This document shows, one piece after another, positions 38,804 to 49,990 of a DNA stretch of 64,000 bases; the first letter of the stretch is position 1, and every line of letters starts with the position of its first letter. Position numbers and translations under genes: made by a program. The stretch comes from a virus (Duplodnaviria; Caudoviricetes): positions 32,001-96,000 of the IMG/VR virus record IMGVR_UViG_3300028888_000047; one strand, given 5' to 3'. The notes under the pieces were generated by a model that saw nothing but the letters and a program-made list of their open reading frames with translations, had not been told where the DNA came from and did not search any database.

Positions 38804-39294
38804 GTTTTTTTAATGTATAAAAATTTTGGGTATCTTCCAAGAACAAATAGAGTTACAGGACAAATCCACATTCTTGTTATTATGGTTTTCTTATTTTTGT
38901 TTTTATCAAATACGTATTTGATATTAGTATAGTCTCTTCCATAAGATATTTTATCTAGTTGTGATTTAATGAAAGAGCCTTGATGCGTTTGTCCATCTAT
39001 AATGATGTCTTCTGCGATGAATTCGTCATATACCATATTTTTATATTTTTCCAATGGAGTTCTTGATGCAATTACATCTACTGTTACTTCATTATTACCT
39101 TTAGCATAGTGTTCGCATAATGCATCTGCTCCTGCAACCATTTCAAGATTTCCATGTGAAAAGCCCCAATGAGGAAAGTGGTAATACCACCGTTTAATTG
39201 GACCATCGTGTTCTGCCACAAAAGTTAATCTATAATGTTTTCTTCTTACTATAAGGTTGAATAGCAGAACTAATATTGTATATATTTTATTCAT
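38800..39294 (-). CDS. DUF6717-like protein
   Basis: L.MVAGAD.L and W.CPV.L.V.G.YP..Y motifs (family name from memory). Confidence 0.55.
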   Translation of the reverse strand: MNKIYTILVLLFNLIVRRKHYRLTFVAEHDGPIKRWYYHFPHWGFSHGNLEMVAGADALCEHYAKGNNEVTVDVIASRTPLEKYKNMVYDEFIAEDIIIDGQTHQGSFIKSQLDKISYGRDYTNIKYVFDKNKNKKTIITRMWICPVTLFVLGRYPKFLYIKKT

Positions 39295-39680
39295 TTAAAC
39301 CAAATTATAATTAAGTCTATTATAAATGTAATAGGGATAAAAACCAAAAGGACTTTATATTGAATTGTTGCTTCGTTTTTAATAGCTTCCATCAATATTG
39401 CCAAATCAGAATATGTTGTATAAAGCCCATTTTCCTTATAGGAACGATACTTAGTAATTACCCCGCTTACGAATGAGCAAAACGCCACCAATATTAGCAA
39501 AATTAAAAACGTAAAATCTTTCATATTATTCATCAATTAATAAAGGTTCTTCAACCCATTGTTCTTTATTGGAACTATAGTTTTTAAATGCAAGAATTGA
39601 CTTTATTAGCGGCACTATTGCAAAAACCAAATATGCTGCACCAATTATGGATAAAATAAAATTACCAGTTTTTTTAGTAC

Positions 39681-40109
39681 TCATGATTCTATTTTTTTCA
39701 ATATGCTTTTGTAACAAATCGTTTTTTGAATTCTTGTGTTATTAGCCACTTCTATAAGGGCATGCGTAACTTCAATTGCCTTTTTAGTTGTTTCTTCACG
39801 AGTTGTAGCTACTACAGAAACACCATAAAAAGAAGACGAATCTACATGGCATGTGTTTGGACCGAATACATCAAACATATGAGGAATAGAAGCGGTATAA
39901 AATCTACATTTGTTATCAAAGCCAATAATTTCATCGATTTCTAACTCGCATATTCCACTTGTATCAGGATATGCTTCAAGTGAAATGGCATCATTTACAA
40001 TTTTGTATGCCTTTTTACAGTTTCCTTTTTTTGTTCCTGTATACGTGTTGAAAATGCTGAAATAATATATTTTGTCTCCTGGTTTTAATTCACCAAATGT
40101 TTTTGCCAT
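39681..40109 (-). CDS. paralog family G
   Basis: KTFGELKPGDKIY. Confidence 0.75.
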   Translation of the reverse strand: MAKTFGELKPGDKIYYFSIFNTYTGTKKGNCKKAYKIVNDAISLEAYPDTSGICELEIDEIIGFDNKCRFYTASIPHMFDVFGPNTCHVDSSSFYGVSVVATTREETTKKAIEVTHALIEVANNTRIQKTICYKSILKKIES

Positions 40110-40181
40110 AATATAAATTCAATTTTGAGCAAAGATAATAAATAATTGGTCAATTGCCAAATAATTTTAGTTAAAAAAAGG

Positions 40182-40610
40182 TTAATCTGCATAAACTGTT
40201 TCGGCAACAACAGATGATTTTCTTGTAATTTCTTCAATATTATGATATGTTTTGCATAGTTGTTTTAATTGAAAGTCTATTTTCTTTCCTGTTTCTTCAA
40301 CTTGTATTATTTTTGATGATATTAATCTTGTCAATATATCCAAACAATCTTTATGTGAGCAAGCATATATTGTAAAGTTAAATAATTCAGCCGGATTCAC
40401 CAATGTTCCCAATCCTCTTACGACATATTCTTCGTCTATCCCTGGGATAATCATTGTCTCGTCGGAAAAATGTATTTCAACGCTTGCTGTGTGTTTATAT
40501 TCTACTCTATTGCTTACGGTTTTTATTTTTATTTCATTATCAACCAATTCAGAGTTTTTAATGAAAGCACAGTATACTCTATCGCCTTCTTTTAAATCAC
40601 TAAATTTCAT
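40182..40610 (-). CDS. paralog family G
   Basis: KFSDLKEGDRVY. Confidence 0.75.
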   Translation of the reverse strand: MKFSDLKEGDRVYCAFIKNSELVDNEIKIKTVSNRVEYKHTASVEIHFSDETMIIPGIDEEYVVRGLGTLVNPAELFNFTIYACSHKDCLDILTRLISSKIIQVEETGKKIDFQLKQLCKTYHNIEEITRKSSVVAETVYAD

Positions 40611-40945
40611 ACGTAAATTGTTTCTGTTTTAACCACTTCTTTTTCTTCAAAATCATTATCTGCTATCAACCATAAATCAGAAATTCCTATCATCGAATCA
40701 ACGACTAAAACTGCTGTTTCATATTCTTCTTTTGTGATTTTTTTAGCCTTTTTTATCATACTATTTGCCATCACATTGTTTTTGACATTAACATAGCATG
40801 ATGAAGGATTATACTTACAAATCTTAAGGCTGTTTTCACTCCTAGATTCTTCTACCATTCCATCAAGTGTATCTTTTTCCAAATCGTGGAAAAACAATAC
40901 GATAGAATTACTGTACGATATTTTGTAATAGTTTTTATTATCCAT
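40607..40945 (-). CDS. hypothetical protein
   Basis: Likely start MDNKNYY. Confidence 0.65.
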   Translation of the reverse strand: MDNKNYYKISYSNSIVLFFHDLEKDTLDGMVEESRSENSLKICKYNPSSCYVNVKNNVMANSMIKKAKKITKEEYETAVLVVDSMIGISDLWLIADNDFEEKEVVKTETIYV

Positions 40946-41028
40946 GTTATTAATTATGTAAAGAACTAACAAATAAAGCAATCATTGATAAAATGAAAAA
41001 TCCCAATATTGGAAACATTAAGCTCATA

Positions 41029-41616
41029 TTAGTCATAGCACCATAAACAATCACCAAAATATTCATCCAAAGAAGGGTAATTCCATAAATTGCGTTTTTT
41101 TGCGTATTCCATTTCTTGTTTCTCAACAGTAGGCTTTTTCTCTTCTTTTGGCTTGTTATGTATTTTGATTACTTCCCGTTTCAGCTCGTTAAAAATATCT
41201 CCGTAGTAATCTTCAATAACAGCTTTTATTGCTTCTTCGTCTGTTTTAGTTTTATGTGCTTTTGCAATTGGGTTGTTTTCCCTAGTAAAGCAGCAATAGA
41301 CCTTTGCTTTATTTTTTTCTACATCAAACGTAGCACCATACAGGCTGTCATCGCTTTTTGTTGACTTATCGAAGCAATAGAAGAATAGCTGTACCGCATT
41401 TCTTTTTTCAACATACTGTGTCCACGATTCCCTGTGCTGTGATATACACCAAGTACTTTCTGCTCCAAGTATTATAGAGTCGTTATAAGACTTTACGTGA
41501 ACAATTGCCCCATATTCATTGTAAACTATTATCTCACTTTCGAGTTTATTTTCTTCAATGCATCGAGCCAATCCTTCTAAGGTCCAATCATAATTCAATT
41601 TATTAAATGGTTTCAT
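41029..41616 (-). CDS. hypothetical protein with S..LG...TWCI motif (PcfJ-like, tentative)
   Basis: 195 aa. Confidence 0.6.
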   Translation of the reverse strand: MKPFNKLNYDWTLEGLARCIEENKLESEIIVYNEYGAIVHVKSYNDSIILGAESTWCISQHRESWTQYVEKRNAVQLFFYCFDKSTKSDDSLYGATFDVEKNKAKVYCCFTRENNPIAKAHKTKTDEEAIKAVIEDYYGDIFNELKREVIKIHNKPKEEKKPTVEKQEMEYAKKRNLWNYPSLDEYFGDCLWCYD

Positions 41617-41966
41617 AATTATTTAAATTTAATTTTGTCCAAGTATTGTCCTTCTACAGTTCCTTTGAAATTATCTATCGTCAGATATTTTCTTTTTTCT
41701 CCTTCATTGTGTGAAGTTATGATTGTGTTATCATCAACTTTTATGAAAAAAGATTTTTCATCTTCGATAATTTCCATCACACCTGTTTGCGAATAGTTCT
41801 TAACGAGAAATGTTTGGCCTTTTATTTTAATTCTATCGCCAATATTTATCTCATCAAGAGTAATTTTTTTATCTTCGCATTTATCAGGAACAGCACAAAT
41901 AATTAAAAAAAACAGAAAAAATAGTATTGCAAAAAGTTCCATAAATTAAAAATTTTTATTATACAA

Positions 41967-42022
41967 CAAATATACAAAAAAAACGTGAGATAAACAAATA
42001 TCTCACGTTAAAATTAGTTAAA
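41967..42022 (-). promoter_or_regulatory. fused terminator-promoter module
   Basis: AACGTGAGATA-AACAAA-TATCTCACGTT perfect stem next to CAAATATA. Confidence 0.85.
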
Positions 42023-42041
42023 TGGAAATTAAAAAACAAAA

Positions 42042-42392
42042 TCAGAATCCATTATATCCGTCCCCATCATCCCAACGGAAGCCACCATGAACTGAAGGTT
42101 GTTCCTGAGGGAGAGTTCCATAACCTGCAAAACCATTTGTTCTGCGCTGACCGTATTGCTGCCCATAGATTGATAGTTCCTCAACAACGAACTGCTGTCT
42201 ACCTGCAATTTTATTCATGTGGCTTACAAACGATGAAGCGTCGCTGCGAGAAGAGAACTTCTTGGCGTGTTCCCTATCACCAAAATCAGCAGCTTCACAA
42301 TCACGGCCACGAGGGTCTTTAATTTTACGAGTGCCAACGAAATAGCACTGACCACCATACTGTGGGTTTGTGTCTTTTACAATATATGCCAT
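42042..42392 (-). CDS. monocistronic hypothetical protein, Gly-rich tail
   Basis: Own promoter (~42426) and terminator; higher GC. Confidence 0.8.
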   Translation of the reverse strand: MAYIVKDTNPQYGGQCYFVGTRKIKDPRGRDCEAADFGDREHAKKFSSRSDASSFVSHMNKIAGRQQFVVEELSIYGQQYGQRRTNGFAGYGTLPQEQPSVHGGFRWDDGDGYNGF

Positions 42393-42476
42393 ATAACTTC
42401 AAAATTTAATGTTGATTAAACGATACAAATATACAAAAAATTAAATAAATAACAAAAAAGTTTTGGTTAATTAACG

Positions 42477-42791
42477 TTAAATCTCACACAATATTCTGCG
42501 TTCTTTATGATTTTGGCAATATTTTAGCCAATCATAATGTAAATCTTGAAAATTGCTTTCCCAATAGTTAAAGGCTTCATTTCCCATTGCTTGATAGTTT
42601 GAACCAAGAGATTCTTCATAGATAAAAATGTTACAAAAATGGATTCTCCTATTATAATTAAGTGTTCTATAAAGTTTAGGAATTGGTCTATCATAAGGAA
42701 AAAGGAATTTAACAATAAAAGAATATCTTCCGTTTTCTTTTAAATACCTGAACAGTATTTTCAAGCCAATATTGAATTCATCGTTTGTCAT
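42477..42791 (-). CDS. paralog family H, close to 51916..52335
   Basis: RYLKENG, FP..R, LG..Y, YWE..F. Confidence 0.75.
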   Translation of the reverse strand: MTNDEFNIGLKILFRYLKENGRYSFIVKFLFPYDRPIPKLYRTLNYNRRIHFCNIFIYEESLGSNYQAMGNEAFNYWESNFQDLHYDWLKYCQNHKERRILCEI

Positions 42792-42921
42792 CTTCTATTT
42801 GTTTTTTTCTTATTACCATGTTTTTCCTCATACCACTTAAAAGTGTCGTACATAAATTTACTTACAGCATATACTGTAGAAATTATAGTAATAACAGTAT
42901 TAAATTTTTTCAATATATTAA

Positions 42922-43913
42922 TCATAACGCAACTTGAAATGATGGAACAAAATTTTCTTCTATAATTCCCTCTTCTATATAAGGTGAAACTTTTTCTTTA
43001 AAAATGCTTGCGCTATTGAGTAAAAATGTGCTGCCTAATTTTTTTTCTAATTTAATCACAGCACTATACACTTCATTAATCGTGTTTTTATCTATTATGT
43101 AGTCTGTATATGCTAAAGCATAATTAAAAAAATGGTCAGAAACTAAGTGTATTTCAAAGCTTTTCATTGTTTTAAAGTTAAAGAACTCGCAGTTAATTAA
43201 CCTAGCCAAAAAAAGGGTAGGAAATAAACCCCCGGCCAATTTTATGTCACTTGGCCAATATGAAATATTTCCATAATATCCTTCACTGGGATGCCCATTT
43301 CTGGATGCCAAACATTTTCCTATATAATAAGAAAATGGCATTTTAGTTTTTATGCCACTATCTCTCATTGTTCTGCGCATTATTGCAAAAACAAGTTTGT
43401 CTTTTTCGTCTTGAAAAAGTAAATAATATTTTTTCATTAGAATGGTATGTTATGTTTTACCCCTTCTTTAATAGCATATAAATTGTCTGCCATTTTTATG
43501 GCTTTTTTTTCATCTACCCCGCATTTAATAAGAGCATTACTAATTTCTTGTTCAAACCCTTCAATTATAATATCTGTTGATGATAACGGATTTCCAACAA
43601 TATTTCTTAATTCCGCCATTAACTTTGGATATAATTTATCTCTATGCTCTTTAGACAAACGATTTATCAACATAGACAAGTATAACAGATTTAATCTAGG
43701 GTATCCAAATAAATTACAGTCACTAGGCCAATAAGATATGTTTGTTGCAAAAGATTCGCGAGGGTGGCTTTGCCTTGAATAATAACACTGTTCTATAATA
43801 AGTGAAAGGTCTTTGTTTTTCTTTAATCTTCCAAGTTCTTTTACAAGCCTTAGTATTACTTTAAAAACGTGTATATCCTCTTCTTTTTGGAATTTATAAT
43901 CTTTTAATTTCAT
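42922..43913 (-). other. tandem paralog pair (42922..43437 and 43437..43913)
   Basis: Both contain SR..HP.E....NISYWPSD. Confidence 0.8.
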
Positions 43914-44065
43914 AATTCGATTTTCTTTAAAACAGCACGCCTAAAAATTAGCGCATTTTGCATATTTTATATGTTTCGTAACTATTTAAAAATCAACAAG
44001 TTACAGGTAATTGACTTATATTTAATAATAGTTTGATGATTAATACCACCGGTGTATCGAACCTA

Positions 44066-44716
44066 TTAAAAAGGCAGGTCATCTACGCCGTCAAAAAATG
44101 GTTTTTGTTTATCATCGCACCCAATTAGCACGGTTCCATCTTGTTCTCTATAGAATCCGTTTTGTTCTATTGATGCTCTAAAATCAGAAGTATCATAAAC
44201 ATAGTTTCCTATTTTTTGATTTAATGTATATAACATTCTTAAATGTGGCATAAGTTCGAATGCTGTTTCATATGCTTCTTTTGAATAGTTTTCAAATTTT
44301 TTGAATGTTATTATTTTTCCTCCTGATGCGTTTATTTCTCCTGCTTTAAGTCCGGTTCTTTTGCTTGCAAATTTAAATTCAAAATCAACATTTGGAAACT
44401 TTTTTATTATCTTAATTATTATTGGTAATGACGGATTCCAAAATGTGTCATAAATCATTTCCTCGTCATTAATCCAACAGGCGTTTAAGGCTTTAAATCT
44501 TGTACCCCAATTTTTAAGCATCCAATCATCCTCTTCTTTTGATTCAGATTCAAAATCAACCGGCTTTGGTGATATTTTGGTGAAGCACATATTTTTCCTA
44601 ATGCCATCTTCCATTGCTGAGCAAAATGAAGCAACGTCATTTATTTGTTTGCTATATTCTTCCTCAGAATAAGCGTTTGGTATTATTTTAAGCTTATTTC
44701 TTATTAAAGTTGCCAT
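44066..44716 (-). CDS. YubB/DUF1281-like ferredoxin-fold protein with C-terminal DDLPF
   Basis: W...NWGT, DT.W.P..P...I..KFP...F motifs. Confidence 0.65.
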   Translation of the reverse strand: MATLIRNKLKIIPNAYSEEEYSKQINDVASFCSAMEDGIRKNMCFTKISPKPVDFESESKEEDDWMLKNWGTRFKALNACWINDEEMIYDTFWNPSLPIIIKIIKKFPNVDFEFKFASKRTGLKAGEINASGGKIITFKKFENYSKEAYETAFELMPHLRMLYTLNQKIGNYVYDTSDFRASIEQNGFYREQDGTVLIGCDDKQKPFFDGVDDLPF

Positions 44717-44821
44717 TTATAGTGTATTATTGGTTCTTATACAAATATACAAAAAAATAACAAGAAATAAAAGTATTTAACTGATTTTAACAATTATCAA
44801 TTTAAGCAAAAAAAACAAGAG

Positions 44822-45366
44822 CTATGCGGCGCTCTTGTTTAGTGCTTTTATTTCATTTATTACAGTTTCGTCTAATACATAGTTACCATTGTTTTCGCAC
44901 AATATTATCCAAGCTGTGCTCCAAAACCTATCACCTTCTGGTGTATCTGCCCAACAAAACGAATTAATGATAGCGTCCCTACCGTCAAAAGAGTTTTTTA
45001 GATACTCTAGACAATTTTTTTGTTTATGATAATTGTTAGGGTTTTCTTCGGTTCTATTTAAGAATGATTTATATGCTCCAATTTCTTTTAAAAACCTGAA
45101 AAACTTTTTGCGTTTATTACGATTCATAATTAATATTGATAATTGCGTGTATACCATATTTCAGAAAGTTTCCTCCAAAACATATCGCCTTCTGGCGTAT
45201 GTACCCACGAAAAAGCATGCGAAATTGCAAGACCTCTATCAATTAGTACGCAGTATTTTTTGAAGTTGTGTGAATAATGATTTTTTATTACTCTTTTTAT
45301 AAAAAGTGCATATGCGCCATGTTCTTTTAAAAACCTTGAAAATTCTTTATAATCGTATACAGTCAT
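44822..45366 (-). other. tandem pair of family H genes (44822 and 45130)
   Basis: FLKE.GAY..F and AI..(S/A)F.W..TPEGD.FW in both. Confidence 0.8.
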
Positions 45367-47545
45367 TTTTCTACCATTTTTTTTATTTCGTCAAAGTCGG
45401 TATATGTTTTATCGTCTTTTAAAACTGAAATAACGTGTTTGGTATGTTTATCTACCTTTACTTTGATAAACAGTTTAAGGCCAATATAATAGCGTTTAAA
45501 TGTGTATATTATTGTTTTTTTCCTGCGCGTAGCAGTAAAACCAAACACTGAGTGTTCAGTCAAATACGCACTAAGTTCATTGAAAGTTAATTCAGAAACG
45601 TTTTTTGCCATTATTTTTCTGATTTATTCCAAGGTCTTTCAAAACCTCTTTTGTTATTGCTTCGGCGCCAGATGAAGGCATCCATAGCTGCAATGGTAGT
45701 ATTTTGACACCTATTTCTTTGCCAACTGTTTTATAAGCCTCAGCTTTTACTTTAGCAATATCAACACGTTTAACATCGCTAGGGTCTATATAAATATTGT
45801 TGCCAATTAGAGCAACTATTGCTTTTCTATTACTCATAAGTTTTCCAAGGGTCTATATTTCTTTTGATAATGATATATATGTTGGCTATATCATTTTGTT
45901 TTATAATACCAATCTGCTAACTCGAATGCTTCGTTTTCATCATATTTTTTATAGAAGTTAACTATTATGTTTATTATTAAGCATTCCAACAAGCTCAAGA
46001 GATTCCTTAAATGTTCTTATCATTGAATCGTTCCATTGATTTATTAAATCTGTTGTGGGATGTTCGTTACTGATGTTTTTGATATAATCCTTAATATCTT
46101 GAAGTGGGTTATAATTATCTAGCATTTCTTTAACCATACATAGAGCACGTATTCTACTAGCAGCTTCAATTGAAGAAGGTTTTGCATATCTTTTGTCCTT
46201 TTCATAATTTGCCACTTGACGATGGTATTCATTTTGAGTATCTTGAATACGCTTCTCAAGGAGTTCAATTATTTTTTTATTTTCCATGTGTTTTATGAAA
46301 TTTATATATACCAAGAAAAAATAGCCAAAAATAATTTCAAACATATACCGTTTCAGTTATTACTGTACTTATTTCTTTTTCTTTTTGCAACCCGTCCCTA
46401 ACATATTTCACGTCAAGAGAACTTGTGGCAAAGTATATTTTACTGTCTTTGAACAACCCAACCACCGCATATAATCCTATTTTGTCTCTTTTAAAATCCC
46501 AATCTTCAAGCCTTGGCTTTTTACCTGCCTTTACATCGGCTGATATATATGGAGTGGATGACGTTAATTCTTTTGACGCATTGTTAATGAACAAATAACA
46601 CTTATTTGTCGCGGATAATAAAGAAAACGATACCCTGTAAACAGCAGTAACAGCGTGAATATTATTATTTACAACAATAGCATAAATATTGCTTCTATTT
46701 AACACATCATCTGGGGTATGTGTCATTTTGCTCATAAAGAACAAATCATTTGTTTCAGGTATCAATGGTTCAAGTACTTTCGGTGATATTATTAACGCCA
46801 TATTAAACTTTTTCTATATTATCTACGTGAATCGAAATTGTCATAATTTCCATAGAACTGGAGATAGGATGCTTATGTGATTTAAAACTATCAACGAGAG
46901 ACTTGATGCATGCTTCTTTTTTATCAAACATTATTGCATCATTTATGTTGGTTCTATCCAACCCTTTTGTGACATACATAAAAGGAGGCTTCCCGTCCCA
47001 TTCAGAGCTGTCTTTTTTTGATAGCCTTATTCTTCCTATATAACAGGTTTTCATTTCTAAATGCTAAAAATATAAACAGAATGATATTATATACCAACAA
47101 TAATATTATTATATTTATTGTATTAATATCAAAAAATGTTTCATCTTTTGTTATACCATAACGTGGGTGTTCAATTACTATTTCATTGAACCATGTGTTA
47201 TTATTATGAACACTGTCCCAAGGAATCAGTATATATTCATTCTGCATAAACAATTTCTGTTTTAACTGTTGAATTTGATAAATTTATATTGAAATCAACA
47301 TCAAAATCATGTTTATTAGGTTCTTTTTTTGTGTAATGTATAGTGTGCTGTTTAGCTTGCGTGGTAAGTTCTCCATCCGCCGCTTCATATTCGTTAATGG
47401 CTGTTTCAGATGTAGTTAAATCTATCATAAACTCTTTAACGTAGCGTACAACCATAGCAAAAAATCCTATTACAACACCTGCTAATATTAACGTATATAT
47501 GATATTAGCAACATCATCTTCATATCCCATAATGTAATTAAACAA
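45363..47545 (-). other. run of short coupled hypothetical genes
   Basis: ORFs 45363, 45592, 45958, 46337, 46803, 47237 under promoter at ~47567. Confidence 0.6.
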
Positions 47546-47618
47546 TATTTTTTACATTTTTTTGTTTTAAAGATAACAATTTTTTTTCATTTAACCAAAA
47601 TTTTTTAGTTAAAAAATG

Positions 47619-48647
47619 TTATTTAATTGCTTCGACCGCTTCAAAAGATTTCATAACAAGATGGTTATAAAAGTCGCCATTGCCACAATTTTCAGCAATA
47701 GACCTCAGATTTTCGCCGCTATCATTCAAAACATCAAGTCTTGCAGATTGTATGTTGAACAGCTTTTCGGTAAGCCATTGAAGCCTAGGAAAGCTCATAG
47801 CAACCATTAGAGTGGTGTTGCAATCAGCATCCAATGCGTTAACGTCAAACCTTTTGTTTTCTATAATAACATCTACTATTTTTTTGAACATGCTTTCGTC
47901 ATAATTTACATTAACATCTTGAGAATAGTAAATTAGCGATGAAAGCGCCGGTTCTTCCCATCTATCACATTCGTTTGGATTGAAATTGACATCCCTTACA
48001 ATTTGAATGCATGTTGTGTAATCACCTTGAAAAAATGCTTTAATAAGGGCATATAACGATACCGGGTTTCTCTTTTGATTATCTTCGAATGCCTTTTCAA
48101 GCTTATCAAGTATATTACCATTACCTTTGCTTGGAGAATCAATTGGTGTTAAGCAGATTCTTTTCTTAATGCCTACCCTCTTTTTAGGCTGTCCTTTCTT
48201 TATGTCTAAGATTCTTATGGACATAACAATATCAGATAACGTTTTATTCTCCGATGCTTCTGCTATATCCAACAAGTCTTTGCTCATTTGGTTCTTAATG
48301 TTTATATCAACTTTGTTTGTGTTGAATATAAAAGGAACTAACCAATTGAATTCTTCATGCCTAGCAATATGCATTAAACACGTTTCTCCCGTAGCGTCAA
48401 GCACATTAGGGTCGAAATCTTTGTTTTTTACAATTGTTTTAAGAACTTCTCTTAATTCTTTGCTGTCCTTTTTAGAAGGCATGTTTGATAGTATATTCAC
48501 TATGGCAGTAATTACAGGGGCTCTCCATGACGAATTAGTTTCGTTTGGATTAAAACTGTCATCTGTTATCACTTCCATTGCAGATGCATAGTCTTCTACA
48601 ATTATAGACCTCAATAGATGAGAAATTAAAGGAATATCTTTTTTCAT
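47619..48647 (-). CDS. ankyrin-repeat protein (two duplicated ANK domains)
   Basis: FNPNE, FDPNVLDATGETCLM, FDVNALDADCNTTLM; two homologous halves joined by a basic linker. Confidence 0.8.
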   Translation of the reverse strand: MKKDIPLISHLLRSIIVEDYASAMEVITDDSFNPNETNSSWRAPVITAIVNILSNMPSKKDSKELREVLKTIVKNKDFDPNVLDATGETCLMHIARHEEFNWLVPFIFNTNKVDINIKNQMSKDLLDIAEASENKTLSDIVMSIRILDIKKGQPKKRVGIKKRICLTPIDSPSKGNGNILDKLEKAFEDNQKRNPVSLYALIKAFFQGDYTTCIQIVRDVNFNPNECDRWEEPALSSLIYYSQDVNVNYDESMFKKIVDVIIENKRFDVNALDADCNTTLMVAMSFPRLQWLTEKLFNIQSARLDVLNDSGENLRSIAENCGNGDFYNHLVMKSFEAVEAIK

Positions 48648-48765
48648 TACGAAATGTTTTTATTACCTACTAAAATATCCTGCTCCATAAGCAAATGCGT
48701 ATAAACACGCCAATAGCCCTAATGCAATAATATCGACTATTGATATTTTATTGTTTGTTTCTGTT

Positions 48766-49137
48766 TTATTCATAACTCATTTTTGTTGGTATACAACCTC
48801 TTATTCCACCTTTTGGGTTTTCAACATCACCTTTATATCTTGGTATAATGTGCAAGTGAAAATGCATTACGCTTTGTCCGGCCGCTTCTCCACAATTGCA
48901 ACCAATGTTATAACCATCAGGATGAAATTCATTATCTAATATGTTTTTAATATCGTTAATTCTATACTGTAATGATTCTTTTAAATTTTCTGGCAGTTCA
49001 AAGAAATCATTATAATGCTCTTTTGATACAATTAAAACGTGTCCCTTCGACACGGGATATTTATCGTAGAAAGCAACCCATTCTGTGGTTTCTATTAATA
49101 TTCTACTTTTATCGATTTTATCACAAAATGTACACAT
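48766..49137 (-). CDS. HIT family nucleotide hydrolase
   Basis: CTFC, YPVSKGH.LI, G.AAGQSVMHFHLHIIPR. Confidence 0.95.
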   Translation of the reverse strand: MCTFCDKIDKSRILIETTEWVAFYDKYPVSKGHVLIVSKEHYNDFFELPENLKESLQYRINDIKNILDNEFHPDGYNIGCNCGEAAGQSVMHFHLHIIPRYKGDVENPKGGIRGCIPTKMSYE

Positions 49138-49138
49138 A

Positions 49139-49612
49139 TTATTTCATTGGAATGTTACAATAAACCATACCTTTTAGAACGTCTTTATAACGTTCGTAAC
49201 AATCGTTTATGCTTTTTTTCAATTCATCACTCAAGTTTCTTTTAGCGTTGGGACCCATATTAGATAGTTCTGCATCAATATATGCCAACTCATTTAGTGC
49301 AATCTCAGAAGAAAGTTTTATCAGCATACTAAACTCACATTCACGTAACATATCTGAAAGGCCAATGAATTTAATTGATGCCATAATGCCCGCTTCTGAT
49401 GGACTATAATCAACATAGCTGTTTTTGTACACGGACCACACCAACCCAATCAAATAATCAGCAACATTCATAGTGATTGTTGGTAGGAATTTGCTTAACC
49501 CTGTTTGCTCAGTTTTTTTAAAAGCAGCAAAACTACCATTATCTTTATGCAATCTCATTATTTGGTTATAAAGAAACCTCTTTTCTTTTTCCTTGAGCTG
49601 TTTTGCTACCAT
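49139..49612 (-). CDS. hypothetical protein
   Basis: 157 aa. Confidence 0.7.
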   Translation of the reverse strand: MVAKQLKEKEKRFLYNQIMRLHKDNGSFAAFKKTEQTGLSKFLPTITMNVADYLIGLVWSVYKNSYVDYSPSEAGIMASIKFIGLSDMLRECEFSMLIKLSSEIALNELAYIDAELSNMGPNAKRNLSDELKKSINDCYERYKDVLKGMVYCNIPMK

Positions 49613-49897
49613 TTACTTTTTACAACCTTTACATGTTTCCTTATCGTGCCAAACAACCATATCGCTTTTATTTTTTGCGCTATAAATATGGTATGTAATA
49701 TCGTGTCCTTCAACTTTGCCTTTATATATTGTAAGACCTGTGTAAGTTGAATCTATCGAATTATACACATTGTGTACTTCAAAATAATATTTTGATTTCT
49801 TTATTTTCTTTTCCTTTTCTTCAGAGTTTTCACACGAAGCGCAAAGGAAAAACGACGAAAAACATAGTAAAATTAAATAAGATAAAAGTTTTCTCAT
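49613..49897 (-). CDS. putative lipoprotein
   Basis: MRKLL...CASC signal; H...C..C tail. Confidence 0.7.
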   Translation of the reverse strand: MRKLLSYLILLCFSSFFLCASCENSEEKEKKIKKSKYYFEVHNVYNSIDSTYTGLTIYKGKVEGHDITYHIYSAKNKSDMVVWHDKETCKGCKK

Positions 49898-49924
49898 ATT
49901 CAAATTAGTTAATACATTTCTTGA

Positions 49925-49979
49925 CAAATATACAAAAAAAACGTGAGAGAAACAAATCTCCCACGTTAAAGTTTGTTAA
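49925..49979 (-). promoter_or_regulatory. fused terminator-promoter module
   Basis: AACGTGAGAGA-AACAAA-TCTCCCACGTT next to CAAATATA. Confidence 0.85.
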
Positions 49980-49990
49980 TGAGGTATCTT

